Shown: positions 62,991 through 64,000 of the stretch, one piece after another
Layout: the number at the start of each line of letters is the position of its first letter
How positions within the stretch are numbered: position 1 is the first letter of the stretch
Source of the DNA: Lama guanicoe
Taxonomy: Eukaryota
Assembly (NCBI GenBank): GCA_013239625.1
Contig: MU053557.1
Coordinates: 3,626,123-3,690,122, forward strand
Direction: 5' to 3'
Length of the DNA stretch: 64,000 nucleotides
Notes under the pieces: model-generated
Database searches by the model: none
Told to the model about the DNA's origin: nothing
What the model saw: only the letters and a program-made list of their open reading frames with translations
Program-made: the position numbers and the translations under genes

Positions 62991-64000
62991 GACAGGTATG
63001 GTTCGAGGATGTGTGCCATGGAGCAGAGGCCTGTTGGTAAATCTCTTCTCAAAAAATAAATAAATAAATAAATAAACTCTTTGTTTATAACTTTTGCCGA
63101 TTTCTGTGGTGTCAATATTCCCACCAAGGCCAAATTCCAGCTGTCGAGTTTCCCAGCTTGCTCAGACATTCCTAAGTATTAACAACTGTTTCTCAAAGGC
63201 CAGTGGAGCCAGCTGTAGCACAGCAGAAGGAAGCTGTAGCCAGATCAGGATGGATCCCCAAGCTCTGGACTTTTCCCCAGAGATTCTGAAAGATAACAAA
63301 TCTGAAAGTGGCATGGTCAATCTTTCCTTGAGAAAGATCATGCCACCAGCTCTGTAGGGGAATGGATTGAGGCAGGGCAAGGATAAGGCCAGAGGCAGCC
63401 CCTTAACTAGCCTTCCTGAGCTCAAACCTTGACTCTGCTCCTTCTGGCTATACGAATTTGAACAAAACACTTAACCTCTCTGGTCTTTTGTGTTTCTTTA
63501 ACCAAAAAGTATTGCTAATATTACACAGGTTTTTGGGGTGAGCATGGAAAATGATTCTAGGGAAACACTTTGTTAAATGTGGAATTATTAGTTTATTCTT
63601 CCTTTTCTATCTCTTCCTCTGTCTATCCCCCCACTCCCCTGAATGCTAGAGAGAGCATTACATTGGAAGCAAGAACACCTTGGATCTGCACACGCTTGAC
63701 CACGAACCTAAGTCTCTGGTCCTTTGTTACGTCATGAATTAGATAACTACCTCCTAATTTTGAAGGCACAAAAACATTTGCTGAAAAGTAAAACAAATGA
63801 AAATGATTGACTGATCTCCTCTATGTCTTTTGCAGAGAGGATTGTTTGGTTGAGATGATTGAAAACTGGTGCTCCCCTGCCCCACTATTCTTTTTTAGCA
63901 AGGCAGGTGATGAGTGAGCAACAGTGAAGCAATATTAATTCTGACTTAGTAGATAAGAAAGTAGCCTGTAGACAGAGTACACTATGAAACAGAATGAAAT

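Noticed and set aside
1..64000. CRISPR arrays, operons or prokaryotic defence systems
   Set aside because: The sequence is mammalian, with no regularly spaced repeat-spacer array and no long intact ORFs.

Overview
64 kb of repeat-rich mammalian DNA, almost certainly camelid: it carries a tRNA-Ala-derived Vic-1-type SINE and artiodactyl/camelid-type L1 3' ends. I can support no intact protein-coding gene; the six-frame ORFs are repeat-derived, low-complexity or chance. Most of the window is interspersed repeat: L1, L2, CR1/L3, MIR, several ERV1/ERVL/MaLR LTRs, a truncated class I ERV (5' LTR-PBS-gag-pro-partial RT), and hAT-Charlie and Tigger DNA transposons, often nested with readable TSDs. 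The most interesting non-repeat signal is a decayed, apparently spliced coding remnant on the minus strand at about 10.2-11.5 kb (possibly extending to 12.7 kb). It has an acidic/basic low-complexity segment followed by hydrophobic segments in phase-compatible exons, and by eye it weakly resembles the PLAT/TM2-TM3 region of polycystin-1-family proteins, so it is a candidate unitary pseudogene. Other candidates are a compact promoter-motif cluster at 44.5-44.7 kb, exon-like units at 13.9 and 62.1-62.4 kb, and a CpG-retaining, hairpin-rich unique block at 38.1-38.55 kb. Repeat family names come from my recall of consensus sequences, not from a search, and most repeat boundaries are approximate.
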